The notes: a model not told the origin generated them from the sequence alone. DNA of 64,000 nt from Octopus sinensis (GCF_006345805.1 NC_043000.1:146320001-146384000); one strand, 5' to 3'. Positions 39,830 through 54,011 are shown, counted from the stretch's first letter. Numbers and translations: made by a program.

Positions 39830-40035
39830 TGAGCTGGCAGAAACTATAACGTGCCGTGCAAAATGCTTAGCAGTATTTCGCGAGTCTTTACTTTCTCAGT
39901 TCAAATACCGGCAATGTCGACTTTACCTTTCATCCTTTCAGCGTCGATAAAATATGTACCAGCAGAGCACTGGGTTCAATGTAATCGAATAGTACTCTTC
40001 CTTGAAATTGCTGGCCTTGTTCCAAAATTCGAAAC
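39830..40035 (+). mobile_element. Decayed SINE family A
   Basis: GAGCTGGCAGAAAC..GTTCAAATACC..CCTTTCATCCTTTC..GTCGATAAA. Confidence 0.82.
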
Positions 40036-40333
40036 CAATAATAAGAATGTAGTAAAGACCAATTTTTTTATTTCGTATTTACTCTCCATAGCCAATAAAT
40101 CTGTTGTTTATATCAACGACTCCAATAAACTGCAACTATGTTGATAAAAAAAAACAGACACAAGAATAAAATGTAATATTAAACACAATGTTCCTCTCGA
40201 AAAAATTTTATTTCAAACAACTAAACTATCCGCTAAGTAAGCAAATACAAAGGTAACAAATTCAAGCCGTGTGAGTGGGTGTTTATAAAGTACAAATGTC
40301 GGTGTGTGTATGTGTGTGTGTATACACATACAA

Positions 40334-40396
<63 letters not shown>

Positions 40397-42977
40397 CATA
40401 CATCAACGTATGTGTGTGTATACTTTGCAAATATGTATGACTGATAATATATAGTATGTCTACTACTTTCACTCGATTCATTACCAACTCGGGAATTACT
40501 TGTTTGAACTTCAATATCTGATATTTTTCCAAGCGAACATATTTCTCTTCAAGAAATAATAACACTTAAAAGATAAAAGCCAATGATCCAGATAATCGAA
40601 AATATTCCATTTAAGATACAATGTCGGAGGTTAATTCTATCGATAACTTTTTAATCAATAGATTTCTGAACCAGATCATAGTTTTAGTATAATTTTCCTC
40701 TCAGTAAATGCTAAATGCTAAACAGCGATTATTTAAGCATTTATGCTTTTATGCTAGTCATTAAATATTCAATGTGTTGACAGCAACCTCAGAAGTAATA
40801 AAATTTTAAATAGCTGAAGAGTGTTCCTTTTTCCTGTTGGTAACATAAGTAAAAAAAATAATTTATATATTTTACTTACAACGCACCCTCTTAAAGATTG
40901 TAATGTGTTCGATTAATAATTGTATTCTTTATACTGGGAAGAAGATTCTTCGATTATCATGTAAATATAGCTACAATAGTCCATCATGTAGACTAAGCTA
41001 TGTTTGTAACATTAAATAGCTACTGTTCTTGAGTTTGCTTTAAACATTATGATCTAAGTATCACTGGAATATCGTGCGGTAGGTTAGTATTCACTGAGTA
41101 AGTCTATGTTCAAATTCAACCCAGCAATGACCATCTCATCGGTTTAGGGATGGATGTTTGAGACTACATTTTCAAAAGTATCCATGGCTTGCTGAGGTTT
41201 CTAGGGTATAATTTCGATTGTGAATTCGAAAGATACTTCGTTGCCGCATTTATCCGTTAGTTTGCTAGTTAATATTTATAAAAAATAGATTGCAGAACTA
41301 ATTCAAAATTACTCGAGATAAGACAGCGTAATACTTTGAAGTGGAAATTAAAATGCCAGTGATTTTCATTCGAAAAATTAAGACGAGGTTTTGGTTCTGA
41401 TTCTCAGTTGAAGCATTTATTTTTCAAACACGCCTCGCGTTTATCGAAGAAAGAAAAGCAGCAGCAGCTCACAATCCAACGAATATTTATATGCAACACG
41501 ATCAGAATTATGGTGCTTAGTCGAAACAAGAACAAGTACTAGGCTGCTGTTGTTGTTGTTATCAATATACTTCCACATTGATGATGCAAACCATGTAATC
41601 ATACTTTCCATCCTTATCGATCGCCACAGTTATTCACATCATGTATCTTGGTATGTGCAGAGCAAAGTACTCTCCATTTTTAACACAACATGGTATGATC
41701 TAAGGGATTTGCTATTATTCTAGTAAGTCAGGCACAGTAACTCCTTCCGTGACAAGTCAAATATTATATTTAGCTGCTGCCATGTTAGTAAAATAATGAC
41801 GTTCGGATAAAAGTGCTTCTAAAACCCGAGGTAGGGTTTAACTTCTTTCCATTAACCTCGAGTATGGTAATATTGAATTAAAGCATGCATTTTTTATGTA
41901 ACAAAGAGAAATAGCATAGACTATCTTTAAACGTAGAATGATTAACTTATAACCTGAAAACCGCATCCAGAAAAGAGACATACCCTTGGTTGGCATAAAG
42001 TCAATCACAAGCATGCTCCTATCCCAAACCCACATGTGCCCCTTCTTATTGTCACCTTTCTACCACTAATTTAATGGTTGTTGCTATATGGAGCTGGCTG
42101 GGCCATAGTTACTTCTACTCAGGCATTGTCACTTCTCTCATCACCTTTGTCCTAATAATAACATCATGAGTTGCCTTTCTAAAATTAAATTTCGCTCCTT
42201 TGGAGGGAATGAAAATTAAATGTGCGGTAAGGCTGCTTTATAATCATCACATTTCCTGGGCAAATCGATGTTTTTTTCACGAATATTCTATTAATTTATC
42301 TAGTTACTACACCGCCTACAAGCAACGCTAAATGTCATGCTCATAATGATGAACCTTAAAACTGCAAAAATTTTATTTGACTAAATTATGATAAACTGAA
42401 AATGTTTTTCTTAGCTATCGTATTTAAACATACTTTGGTTACTTTGGATATTATAAGTACGACACCTAATCAAAGTCAGCGTTTAATATATATATCGAGT
42501 AGTGCTTGAACGTACAATATAATCTTATTGCAGGGGTAAACTAATTATTGCACTAATCTATGCAATAAACATCCAACTACCCATTTTGCCTTTTTAAAAT
42601 AACTTGACTTAATCCATGAAATAAACTAATGGTGTACCAGATATACATTGATGAACTAATATAAGCGGAAATTATTATTAGAAAAAAAATTTAAATTAAT
42701 GACATAATTTAAACTTTAATGACAGGATGTTGACAGAAATACTTTAATTTTAATGTGTCTTGTATGAAGTAGACAAACAGGGTTAAAAACCGAAACAAAT
42801 TAAAATTGAACATGAAAAAATTTGTTCTTTGCGATTTTAAGAGATTGTTAACCTTTCCGTCTAGACTAAAAGCTATCGGCTACTCATGCCAAATTTATTT
42901 CAGCTGTAAATTCCACACTGCTTCTTTTTTTCTTTCTTCCTTTTTTTTTTTGTCTATTACCAAACGTAGTGTATGGT

Positions 42978-43347
42978 TGGAAGCACTCCGTCGGTTACGA
43001 TGATGAGGGTTCCGGTTGATCCGAATCAACGGAACAGCCTGCTCGTGAAATTAACGTGTAAGTGGCTGAGCACTCCACAGACGTGTGCACCCTTAACGTA
43101 GTTCTCGGGGATATTCAGCATGACAGAGAGAGTGACAAAGCCGGCCCCTTGAAATACAGGTACAACAGAAACAGGAAGTAAGAGTGAGAGAAAGTTGTGA
43201 TGAAAGAGTACAACAGGGATCACCACCATCCCCTGCCGGAGCCTCGTGGAGCTTTTAGGTGTTTTCGCTCAATAAACACTCACAACGCCCGGTCTGGGAA
43301 TCGAAACCGCGAGTCCGCTGCCCTAACCACTGGGCCATTGCGCCTCC
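42978..43347 (-). mobile_element. SINE family C with a small head deletion and TSD
   Basis: CAAACGTAGT occurs on both flanks. Confidence 0.92.
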
Positions 43348-45011
43348 TCTCCAAACGTAGTAAGACTGCTCTGACATGGTTTCTTAGAGTAGTCAAACAC
43401 ATATTTCCAAGCATATAATAATATAAGTATATTATATGTTTATTATAAGGCAACTTTCCTCTAAAAGTTTACCGAGGTTCAGATAATCAAAGTTTTTCAA
43501 CTCACATGTGGTGGAATGTTTATACTTGAGATTCTTCCGTATTTGTATTTAGTCCACTTGACCCTCCCTTACAGATATCTCTTCAACTACATTAAGTTAG
43601 AATTTACTTGACTGTCAATTATGACGATGTAGAGACTTCATTTATGATTTACCCAGGTTTAAATTTCTAATTCTTCAATCATTTCCAGAATCATTAGAAA
43701 ATTGATGTAACTTTGAAACTTCTTAATTGGTACACAACCTCTTCTTCCATACAGTCAAATGTAAATCAACCAATGTGCACAAATCTTGTTGCAAATATGT
43801 AAATGGAGCATTTCTTGACCTTTTTTTACTCTAAACTAATTTAAATCCTTCCATATTATACCAGACGATAGCAACTTACTTTTAGAAGTAAGACCTAAAA
43901 GTCTTCTATCTCCTTCTCAAACTAAATTCCATTTCTAGATATATTAACAAAAGTAGGATTTTAACCTTAATTTAAATTTAGACTTTCTGTTATTAAATTC
44001 ATATCCAAAATAGCATCAATTTTCTTGTTAATTATAACAAGAGGATACAACTAGTAGTAAAATATCAAAATTCATTAAAAGTAGGGTGGATGGGAGATAA
44101 CCTTAAACGGTTTAAGTATTTTCTTTCTTTAATAAAGAGAAACGAATTTAACGCAAAAAATGATTATCAACGCAAATGAACATTAATTTAGTTATTAATA
44201 CAGTTGTTTCTATGGATGGTCATTCCTAACAAAAAAAAACTGTTTCGAAGTAACTGTTCAAGGAATAATATACCTTGTCGTAGCTAATATCGCCATGTTA
44301 GTATCATAGAAATTATACTATCATGACAATATTAGCTACTACAAATCGGATAAATAACCACACTAATATGAACAATATGGAAATATATTGATTGTATTTC
44401 CTTATGTTTAGTAACTTAAGGCAAATGATATACAAGCTACTTATATTTGTTGTGAGGAAGAACAATACAATTCTGGATAGGCTTTTAAATTGGAACTGAC
44501 TGTTCTTGCAATAAAGAGACCACTGTAACATAGGTTGGTCTTGTATCAATTGTTAATCATTGGACAATATTCAATTAGTAAAATGTCACATGAAGACTAT
44601 AAGACATATTTACGACAATAAGTAAATGTCTATATTTAGCTAGCTATAATTACCTGTCTATATTTTCTGAGCTAAAATTAGTGGAATATTTAGTTGCCAA
44701 TGAGTTAACTTCTAACAAGAGCATACAAACCGGTATTCATTAGCTTGTCTATAAAGTATCTCTTCCTCTCTTGATTGCAGAAGTTCGAAATTCCTGAATG
44801 TTTACGAAAAATAATTGCGTGATACATTATAAACTGATTAGATATCGGCCAATGCATATATATCTACATATATATAATATATATATATATATATAATATC
44901 TATATATATATATATCAGACTAGTGTCCTTCATCATAAACACATACATATTTCATTACTAAAAGGTGAATAATTCACAAGTATGTGATTATGTGTATATA
45001 TATACATATAC

Positions 45012-45089
<78 letters not shown>

Positions 45090-45837
45090 TACATATATAT
45101 ATTATATATGTGTATACATATAATATAATTTATATATATATATATGTATTTATGTATGTATGTATGTATGCATGCATGTATATATACATGTATATATATA
45201 TATATATTATATATATTATAGTATAATATATATATAATATTACATATATATATATATATTATATATATATATATAATATATATATATTATACATTTTATT
45301 TATTTATATATAATTATTTGATGTTCTCTCTTTCATATCAGCTCTAGCATTTTCAGAATGCTTTCTTATCAACTAAATATAATCTTCACATTATTGTAAA
45401 ATGAAACCACTTAGCAAAATGCTAACATGCCTTCTCTTCAAGGAAATTTTATAGCACGGCCATTTATTAGCCTTCTTCTTAGTTATATATCAATTTTCAT
45501 GCAGGATCTATTTATCAGGCAATTATGCACACAACAGAGGAGACTATTGATGCATATTTCGCTAGTCGTAGGAAATTTAGCCGTTCCGTTTTGGTAACAT
45601 GAATATATGCAGCAGCGACTTACTCACGAAAAGCACAGTCTGTTTTCAAAAGGACGGAACTAATTAGAAGCAGCTGACGTAAAAGTACTTTGATAGCATT
45701 GGAATATTTGCCGGTTGAATAACGAAAGCTATTTTCATTCATATCACTTCAATGTATCTTATGAAGTTTGACTAGCCTAAAACAATAACACACACACACA
45801 CACACACACAAACATCATACATATATAAATATATATA

Positions 45838-46243
45838 GGCGCAGGAGTGGCTGTGTGGTAAGTAGCTTGCTAACCAGCCACATGGTTCCGGGTTCAGTCC
45901 CACTGCGTGGCATCTTGGGCAAGTGTCTTCTGCTATAGCCCCGGGCCGACCAATGCCTTGTGAGTGGATTTGGTAGACGGAAACTAAAAGAAGCCTGTCG
46001 TATATGTATATATATATATGTGTGTGTTTCTGTGTCTGTGTTTGTCCCCCTAGCATTGCTTGACAACCGATGCTGGTGTGTTTACGTCCCCGTCACTTAG
46101 CGGTTCGGCAAAAGAGACCGATAAAATAAGTACTGGGCTTACAAAGAATAAGTCTCGGGGTCGATTTGCTCGACTAAAGGCGGTGCTCCAGCATGACCGC
46201 AGTCAAATGACTGAAATAAGTAAAAGAGTAAAAGAGTAAGAGT
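45838..46243 (+). mobile_element. SINE family B, full length
   Basis: Head, central microsatellite and (AGTAAAAG)n tail. Confidence 0.93.
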
Positions 46244-46339
46244 ATACATATACACACACATATATATGTGGTGGTGGTTGGGGGCTGTGTGTGTAGCCGT
46301 ATAGCATCAAATAAAAGAACCAGATTAATATAGATTTCA

Positions 46340-46720
46340 AATGTTGGTACAATGCCAGCAATATCGAGGGAGTGATACTTATTTTATCGAACACCGAAAT
46401 GATGTAAGGGCACAGTCGACCTCGACGGAATGTGAACTCAGAACGAAAAGACGGACGAAATACCGCTAAGCATTTTGACCAGCGTGCCAACGCTTCTGCC
46501 AGCTGACTGAATTTACAATGGTTTCAAATTTTCTCACAAAGCGAGCAATTTCGGGTGGGGTGAGGATAAATCGATTATATCGATCCCAGTGATCAACTGG
46601 TACTTATTATTATTGAAACAAAGTCAACCTCGACGGAATTTGAACTCAGAAAGTTAAGACGGACGAAACGCAACTAAACATTGTGTCCGGCGTGCTAACG
46701 ATTCTGTCAGCTGGTCGCCT
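46340..46720 (-). mobile_element. Two adjacent decayed SINE family A copies
   Basis: Homology at about 46340-46507 and 46520-46720. Confidence 0.8.
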
Positions 46721-46998
46721 TGAACCGGATTAAAATTGCCTGGTGTATCTTATTCTCTTTAACTGTAGTATTATTTTCCAGTTGCTATGAGGCAAATAAA
46801 TTTGTAAACGTATTTGGATGTACGTTCATATATATGTCTGGATTGTGGTTTCTCTGTGTGTTTTATGTAGAGTAACATTTGTTTCCATGTGGTCGTAAAT
46901 GTTTTCTTAGTGTGTGTGTGGGGGGGGGGGTAATGCCTGTAATATTTGTATCTTCTGTTTATATAAGTTCGTGTCATATATATATATATATACACACA

Positions 46999-47521
46999 CA
47001 TTCACTCTTGAAAATATTTTAAGGCCTGGTTAGCATTCATATTACGAACATCTAAAGAGCCCCAGTAGTTCAGGTAGCTTTTTATGCATAGAGACACACT
47101 TGCTTCGACTCTGATCGTCATGTTTCTGGGGAGGGGGTATTGATATTTACTTATGAATTTATGAATTTACTGATATTTATTTATCAATTAACAGTTAATA
47201 TATAATTAGACATTTTCTGTGGAACAAACTAACTCCCTTCCAATTTTCTGATCATACAGTAAGCCCTAACTACAGCAAATGTGAGTTTTCCATTCCTGAG
47301 AAAATATCTAATTATATATTAACTGTTAATTGATAAATAAATATCAGTAAATTCATAAATTCATAAGTAAATATCAATTCCTCCTCCCCAGAAACATGAC
47401 CATCAGAGTCGAAGCAAGGTTGTCTCTATGCATAAAAAGCTACCTGAACTACTGTTGGGGCTCTTTAGATGTTCGTAATATGAATGCTAATCAGGCCTTA
47501 AAATATTTCTAAGAGTGAATG
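46999..47521. mobile_element. Foldback/MITE-like element with about 220-bp inverted arms
   Basis: Arms 46999-47218 and 47299-47521 differ by a few substitutions; flanked by TA-rich microsatellites. Confidence 0.8.
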
Positions 47522-47756
47522 TATGTATGTATATCTATATATATATATATATATAGATATATATATATATATATATATATAGTGCGTGTGTGTGTGTGCG
47601 TGTGCATAGGTCTTTATATGTTCTGACACACTCACTCGGTACTTTTTAAAAAGATATCAAGGGCATAACATCGACGTGATCTGTTCCGAACATGTGGAAA
47701 TATTAAGTTGATTGCAATCCCTTGTGGGCCAGTGCATCTTGTCTACGAATCAATAT

Positions 47757-47788
<32 letters not shown>

Positions 47789-49468
47789 TAGAGAGAGAGA
47801 GAGAGAGAGAGATAGAGGGGGGGCGGGAGGAGATAATGATGCAGAATGAGAGAAATAGAAAACTAGAGAGAACGAGCAACTTTTATAATTGACTCAACTT
47901 GCTAGTCTCAAGGCTTGTTTTTATTTACAAAGTAGATTATGCTGTTGTTTAAATACAACTCTCCACATTATTAACTTCTTTAGCGACATGATGACTCTGC
48001 GTTGAGAGGGTTGTTGCCAATAATTTAAAGTGTTGCTTATTTGCTCAAATGATTCCAACTTGGAATCAAATCTGAAACATGTTCTAAATTTGACACACAT
48101 TATAATATTCCAAATGGCAAATCGAACGAATTGCATGGCAAAATCGAATTATATTCGAAAGTATTCCTTGATTAAATTTTCAAGTTATTATACGAATAAT
48201 ACACAATTTAACCTACTGTTAGCATGGCATTGATCCATTCATAATTGGTGTGATAATATCATAAATTCATTTAGCCTCAAGCATGTATATGAATTGTTTC
48301 TTACGCCGTGCAATATCCATGAGTTATTCAAGAAAAGTTCAAAATAAACATTAAGTACAATCATATGTAAATTTACAGCAAAGACTTTATATTTTTATGC
48401 ATTTTATCATTACACGGATCTATTCACATGCTTTAAAACCTCATATAAGATTTGCATTAGAAATAACATTAGAAAAAAAATAATAAACATGTCAGAAATT
48501 GAAAAGCAGCCAAAATAAAATAAAGAACAGCTTTGAAAAATTCATAAGACCTTTCGAATATTAATAATATATGATGTATTTTATGCCAATTTTACTCTTT
48601 TTAGGGGACGAGATAAATCTGAAATTTTATGAGGAAACTGATAGCGGTAGAATTATATTATTATATTTATTTTCCTTTTACTGAGAGCGAAATATATAGC
48701 TACAATACAAATCTCTATTTAGAATTCGACGATAAAAGTCTCAATTGTAAATGGAACTGTTGGCGTTCCAAGAATTACAATTACCCTCTGCAGAGGAAAA
48801 ATAATTAACAAAATATATAAATAAAAATTGATCTTGTTATATTCACCAAACATCAAATATTGAGCAAGAAAATGGAAATAAAATGCTGATTACTATCAGC
48901 TATAATTTTAAGTGTTAAATTATAAAATTCATAAAGCATTCGTAACGAAAATAACGCACAGCACACACACAAACGCTAACATTCTAATTGATCCAAAACA
49001 GCAGAATAGGAAGAGTGTACTGTGTAGTAACTACAAGAGCATAGTGTGGAACTCAAATACTTCAGGCAAACTAGGCATACATAGTAGATCTCTCTCTCTC
49101 TCTCTTCTCTCTCACTCACTATTTCTATCTATCTACTTCCCTTTGTCTCTCTCTTTTTTTTCTCTCTCACTTTTGCTTTCTCTATCTCTCGCTCTCTTCA
49201 CCCTGCCAGCGTTATAATTACGTCGTTATAACTTATCTACGCTCAAATGTACATTAAATCTACACACGTCACAGCTTCTTACACATTGACTTCAAGCAGA
49301 TGCACACACACACACACAATCTCACACACACATGCCCGTGCACACACAAATACACACATGTATATATATACACACACATGCATATATATATATACACACA
49401 TATATATACACATATATATAACGATATATATATATATGTATGTATGTATACATATATTTACATACATA

Positions 49469-50009
49469 TCTATTATATAAAATCCGTTCTGTCTGTCTGT
49501 GTGTCTTCTAGGATCTCGGGCATCCTCCATCCGATTGCGCTCAAATTTGATATGGCGATACCGACGGTATCAGGGCGTGTATAAGTCTTGAAAAAATTAC
49601 AAAAATCGATTCCAGCTGAGAATGCGATCGATAAAGCCGTGGGAATGTGCATTTTTCTCCGCAAGTACATTAGCTGTTGCGATCGATACAATGCGTACAC
49701 GAGAAAAATGCGCAGTTTGCGCAAAAAAGCCGCCTGGCTTGAAATAATGCCACAAAATGCTGTATATTTAAGAGACCAAAAGAGTAAGATGCAAAAGAGA
49801 TATTTTCTTCAAACTTGGCATGAAGGAAGGAAAGACTATTTGGTTTCTCAAGAAGTTTGTTGTTTTCCCTTAACTTCGTTTAACAAAACCAAAAGTTTTA
49901 TTGAAATAAACGCATGCTTAATTATTTTTTAATGAAAAGAAATCACTGATTGCTTTATATTCAGCAGATATGATTCAGCGCCGTCCATTGGACGGGGGAC
50001 GTTTTGCTC

Positions 50010-50010
<1 letters not shown>
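49469..50010 (+). mobile_element. Non-autonomous Helitron-like element, family 2, copy 2
   Basis: Same 5' 200 bp and the same hairpin/CTCG|T end as 25612-25984, with a different interior. Confidence 0.8.
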
Positions 50011-50046
<36 letters not shown>

Positions 50047-50943
50047 CCCACATGTGAAAATATGCTTATATATATCGTTTATGTTACATTTCTTCGAAAG
50101 ACTTCCTACAGTAGCTATCCAAAAATGTCATCGAAGCACACACCTCAATTGCGAGATGACATTGTGGCATAAACAATGTCTAATGCCATCCGAAAACATA
50201 AAAACAAAAGATTCCGGGGTTAAATCTTAAGCATCCTATTAATGAATACATCCATAGACATCAACAAAATTAATGTCAGTGTAATATTCCCATCAAAATT
50301 CTTTTAAGTGCAAACATAACTGTCTTGATCTTCTTTAGGAAGACGAGAGAAGGTGCGTATCCTCATAAAAGCCAACTGTCCAGTTGATGCGAATGTATCT
50401 ACGAATCTCAGAGAGAAAGAAATGCTTCAAAACTTTCAGGTTCTTTACTCAGATTAGAAATTCACATTCATACCAACAATAATCGTTTTATCAGTAGATG
50501 TTTACATAACAAATTCGGAAAGCTAGTTTTTTTAAAAAAAACAGAAGTCTACCAGCTATCACGCACATTAGAAATAAAATCTCAAGGTGGAACAGTAAAA
50601 ATATAGAAGACTTTACTTAAGTTCATAATATTATATGGTTTGTGGTATGCACATTTCAACGATGAAGTTTTACATTCTTGTTAGAGACCATCTTTTTCCT
50701 AACAATAAATAAACGTTCTTATATGGTTTTGTATTCTGCTCATACTTCTATTTCGAAGAGAAATATTAGCATCATGCATATTCATTTAGCCCTAAATAAG
50801 AAGTAGTCTTCATATCTCAGGCAGATAAATGTTATATATTAGATTATAGATTCTTTTTACCGTTCGCATGTTAGCAACTAGTGTACAGCTCACAGCAAAT
50901 TTACGATACAATGAAAATATAAAAATTTCATAAAATATACATA

Positions 50944-51114
50944 GGCGCAGGAGTGGCTGTGTGGTAAGTAGCTTGCTAACCAGCCACATGGTACCGGGTT
51001 CAGTCCCACTGCGTGGTATCTTGGGCAAGTGTCTTCTGCTATAGCCCCGGGCCGACCAATGTCTTGTGAGTGGATTTGGTAGACGGAAACTGAAAGAAGC
51101 CTGTCGTTTATATG

Positions 51115-51145
<31 letters not shown>

Positions 51146-51355
51146 TTGTGTGTCTGTGTTCGTCCGCCTAGCATTGCTTGGCAACCGATGCTGGTGTGTT
51201 TACGTCCCCGTCACTTAGTGGTTCGGCAAAAGAGACCGATAGAATAAGTACTGGGCTTACAAAGAATAAGTCCCGGGGTCAATTTGCTCGACTAAAGGCG
51301 GTGCTCCAGCATGGCCGCAGTCAAATGACTGAAACAAGTAAAAGAGTAAAAGAGA
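50944..51355 (+). mobile_element. SINE family B, full length
   Basis: Near-identical to 45838-46243. Confidence 0.93.
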
Positions 51356-51623
51356 GAGTAGAGGAAAAGTGTGTGGAGAGACAATACAAATTGTTTCTTC
51401 AGGCGCATCTGGACTAACGAGGCTCATACAGATCATAAGCTTCAAAACCCAGTCAATATGAATAACTTTTATATGAAACATTTGACAGAACCCTTTGCAC
51501 TTTAATTTCTTTGAAGTTCGAGTTTGCTGGAACAATATCGAATAGCATACTTGTAAAGGGTGTGTTGAGACATTCTTGAAAATGCATGTACTTCATACGA
51601 GAAGTATAAATATACATATGTCG

Positions 51624-52468
51624 TGCTTACTTGCGTGTGTGTGTGTGTGTGGTGTGTGTGTGTGCGTGTGTGTGTATGTGTGCGTGTGTGTGTGTGTGCG
51701 TGTGTGTGTGCGTGTGTGTGTATGAGGTGTGTGTGTGTGTGAGTGTGTATGTGTGCGTGTATGTGTGCGTGTGTATGTGTGTGCGTGTGTGTGTGTATGA
51801 GTATGTGTGTGTGTGTGTGTGTGTGTATGTGTGCGTGTATGTGTGCGTGTGTATGTATGTGCATGTGTGTGTGTATGAGTGTGTGTGTGTGTGTGTGTGC
51901 GTGTGTGTGTATGAGTGTGTGTGTGTGTGTGTGTGTATGTGTGTGTGTATGTGTGCGTGTGTATGTGTGCGTGTGTGTGTGTGTGCGTGTGTATGTGTGC
52001 GTGTATATGTGCGTGTGTATGTGTGGTGTGTGTGTATGAGTGTGTGTGTGTGTATGTGTGTGTGTGTGTATGTGTGCGTGTATGTGTGCGTGGGTGTGTG
52101 TATGAGTGTGTGGTGTTGTGTGTGTGCGTGTGTGTGGTATGAGTGTGTGTGTGTGTGTGTGCGTGTGTATGTGTGCGTGTATGTGTGCGTGTGTATGTGT
52201 GTGGTGTGTGTGTATGAATGTGTGTGGTGTGTGTATGTGTGTGTGTATGTGTGCGTGTGTATGTGTGTGTGTGTGTGTGTGTGTATGTGTGCGTGTATGT
52301 GTGTGGATGTGTGTGTGTGTGTGTGTGCGTGTGTATGTGTGTGTGTGTGTGTGCGTGTGTATGTGTGTGCGTGTGTGTGTGTATGAGTGTGTGTGTGTGT
52401 GTGCGTGTGTATGTGTGTGTGTGTGTGCGTGTGTATGTGTGCGTGTATGTGTGTGGATGTGTGTGTGC
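51624..52468. repeat. About 850-bp cryptic (GT)n minisatellite
   Basis: GT repeats interspersed with GTAT, GCGT and GAGT variants; produces the TH/VC pseudo-ORFs. Confidence 0.95.
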
Positions 52469-52795
52469 CTGCTTGCTATATGAGTTCAGAAGATGGAAGT
52501 AGAATCGATATTTTTTGCGAAATAAAAAAATACACAAATTAATATTAATAAAAAAGTTGTACATAACTGTAACACGGGTAAATGCATGTCAGCTTGAATG
52601 TGTATACGTCTTTATATTTCCTTTCTTACAGGTACCTATTCTTCTTTCAATTAAAGTAGGAATAGCAGTATTTAAAAAAAAAAAATGACTTTCTATGCTT
52701 ATAACGTTTCCTATTTAAGAGGCATACTTGCATTGCTTCCTTTTACCTTGCAGAAACTTATTTTCTGAGTATATTTACTTTTCTATGTTTGAATT

Positions 52796-52874
<79 letters not shown>

Positions 52875-52889
52875 GCGTGCACATGCCTA

Positions 52890-52954
<65 letters not shown>

Positions 52955-53001
52955 GTGTACATGTGTATGTCTATAGATAGATAAATAGATAAGTAGGTAG
53001 G

Positions 53002-53061
<60 letters not shown>

Positions 53062-53157
53062 AATGTGTGTGTTCGTGTCTCGATATATAATCCTTCACAA
53101 ACGTATATATATATATATATACGTGCACATGTGTATGTCTATAGATAGATAGATAGA

Positions 53158-53468
53158 TATGTTTCTTTATTAGCCACACAGGGCTGCACACAGATAGAAC
53201 AAATTACAAGGTAGAGCTTTTCTTTTGAAGGGTTAAAAAAAAAACGGAAGGGGAGTTCGATCAAAAGGGATCGTAAAAGGAGAGAAGAGGACAAAAAAGG
53301 GGGGGTTAAAAAAAAAGGGGGAGAGGGAAAAAAAATTGATCAATAGGGATCGTTATCACAGAAATTTCAATATGAAGTGTAAAGGGGAGGACAAGTGAGG
53401 TTTACCCGTGGAAAGAAAAGCCTACGGAAAAGACCACGGTAACCTCGGTCAATGAAGTCACATTTTAT
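53158..53468 (-). mobile_element. LINE 3' UTR fragment (possibly L1/Tx1-type) within (GATA)n
   Basis: Pyrimidine-rich UTR ending GTGTGGCTAATAAAGAAACA, with (GATA)n on both sides. The clade assignment is from recall only. Confidence 0.5.
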
Positions 53469-53503
53469 ATTTCTTTTTTTTTTTTTTTGCAAAGATAGAT
53501 AGC

Positions 53504-53573
<70 letters not shown>

Positions 53574-54011
53574 TGCGTGTGTGTTCGTGTCTCGATATAT
53601 AATCCTTCACAAACGTATATTTACACACGTACGCCTGCAAAGCGAATCAAGTACACATATACTTGTAAGCGTTTTGTTTGCAAAACCAATCCTATAAGTG
53701 TTGGAACTAAAAACAACCATAAACGTTGCGGTTTTTTTACGTTATCAGTATACTTTCCCTGATTTTACGCTTGTGTGTTCATCATTGGCAACATTTCCAA
53801 CCTTTACTTTTTTGTTTTACGTACATTATCTTGTTATCAGGTTTGCTACAACAATCCTTATTATTGAGGTTTGTATAAACTTATTACTTTATTATCATGA
53901 TAAAATATATTTATATTACTAACAGTATTAGGAAAATATATATTGTCATCATCAATATTGATACTATTTTATCATCTATGAATGTAGTAGTAGCAGTGGT
54001 AGTAGTAGTAT

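Noticed and set aside
51502-52564. Long ORFs up to 323 aa (TH/HT- and VC-repeat proteins)
   Set aside because: Translations of a (GT)n minisatellite that lacks stop codons; no coding evidence.
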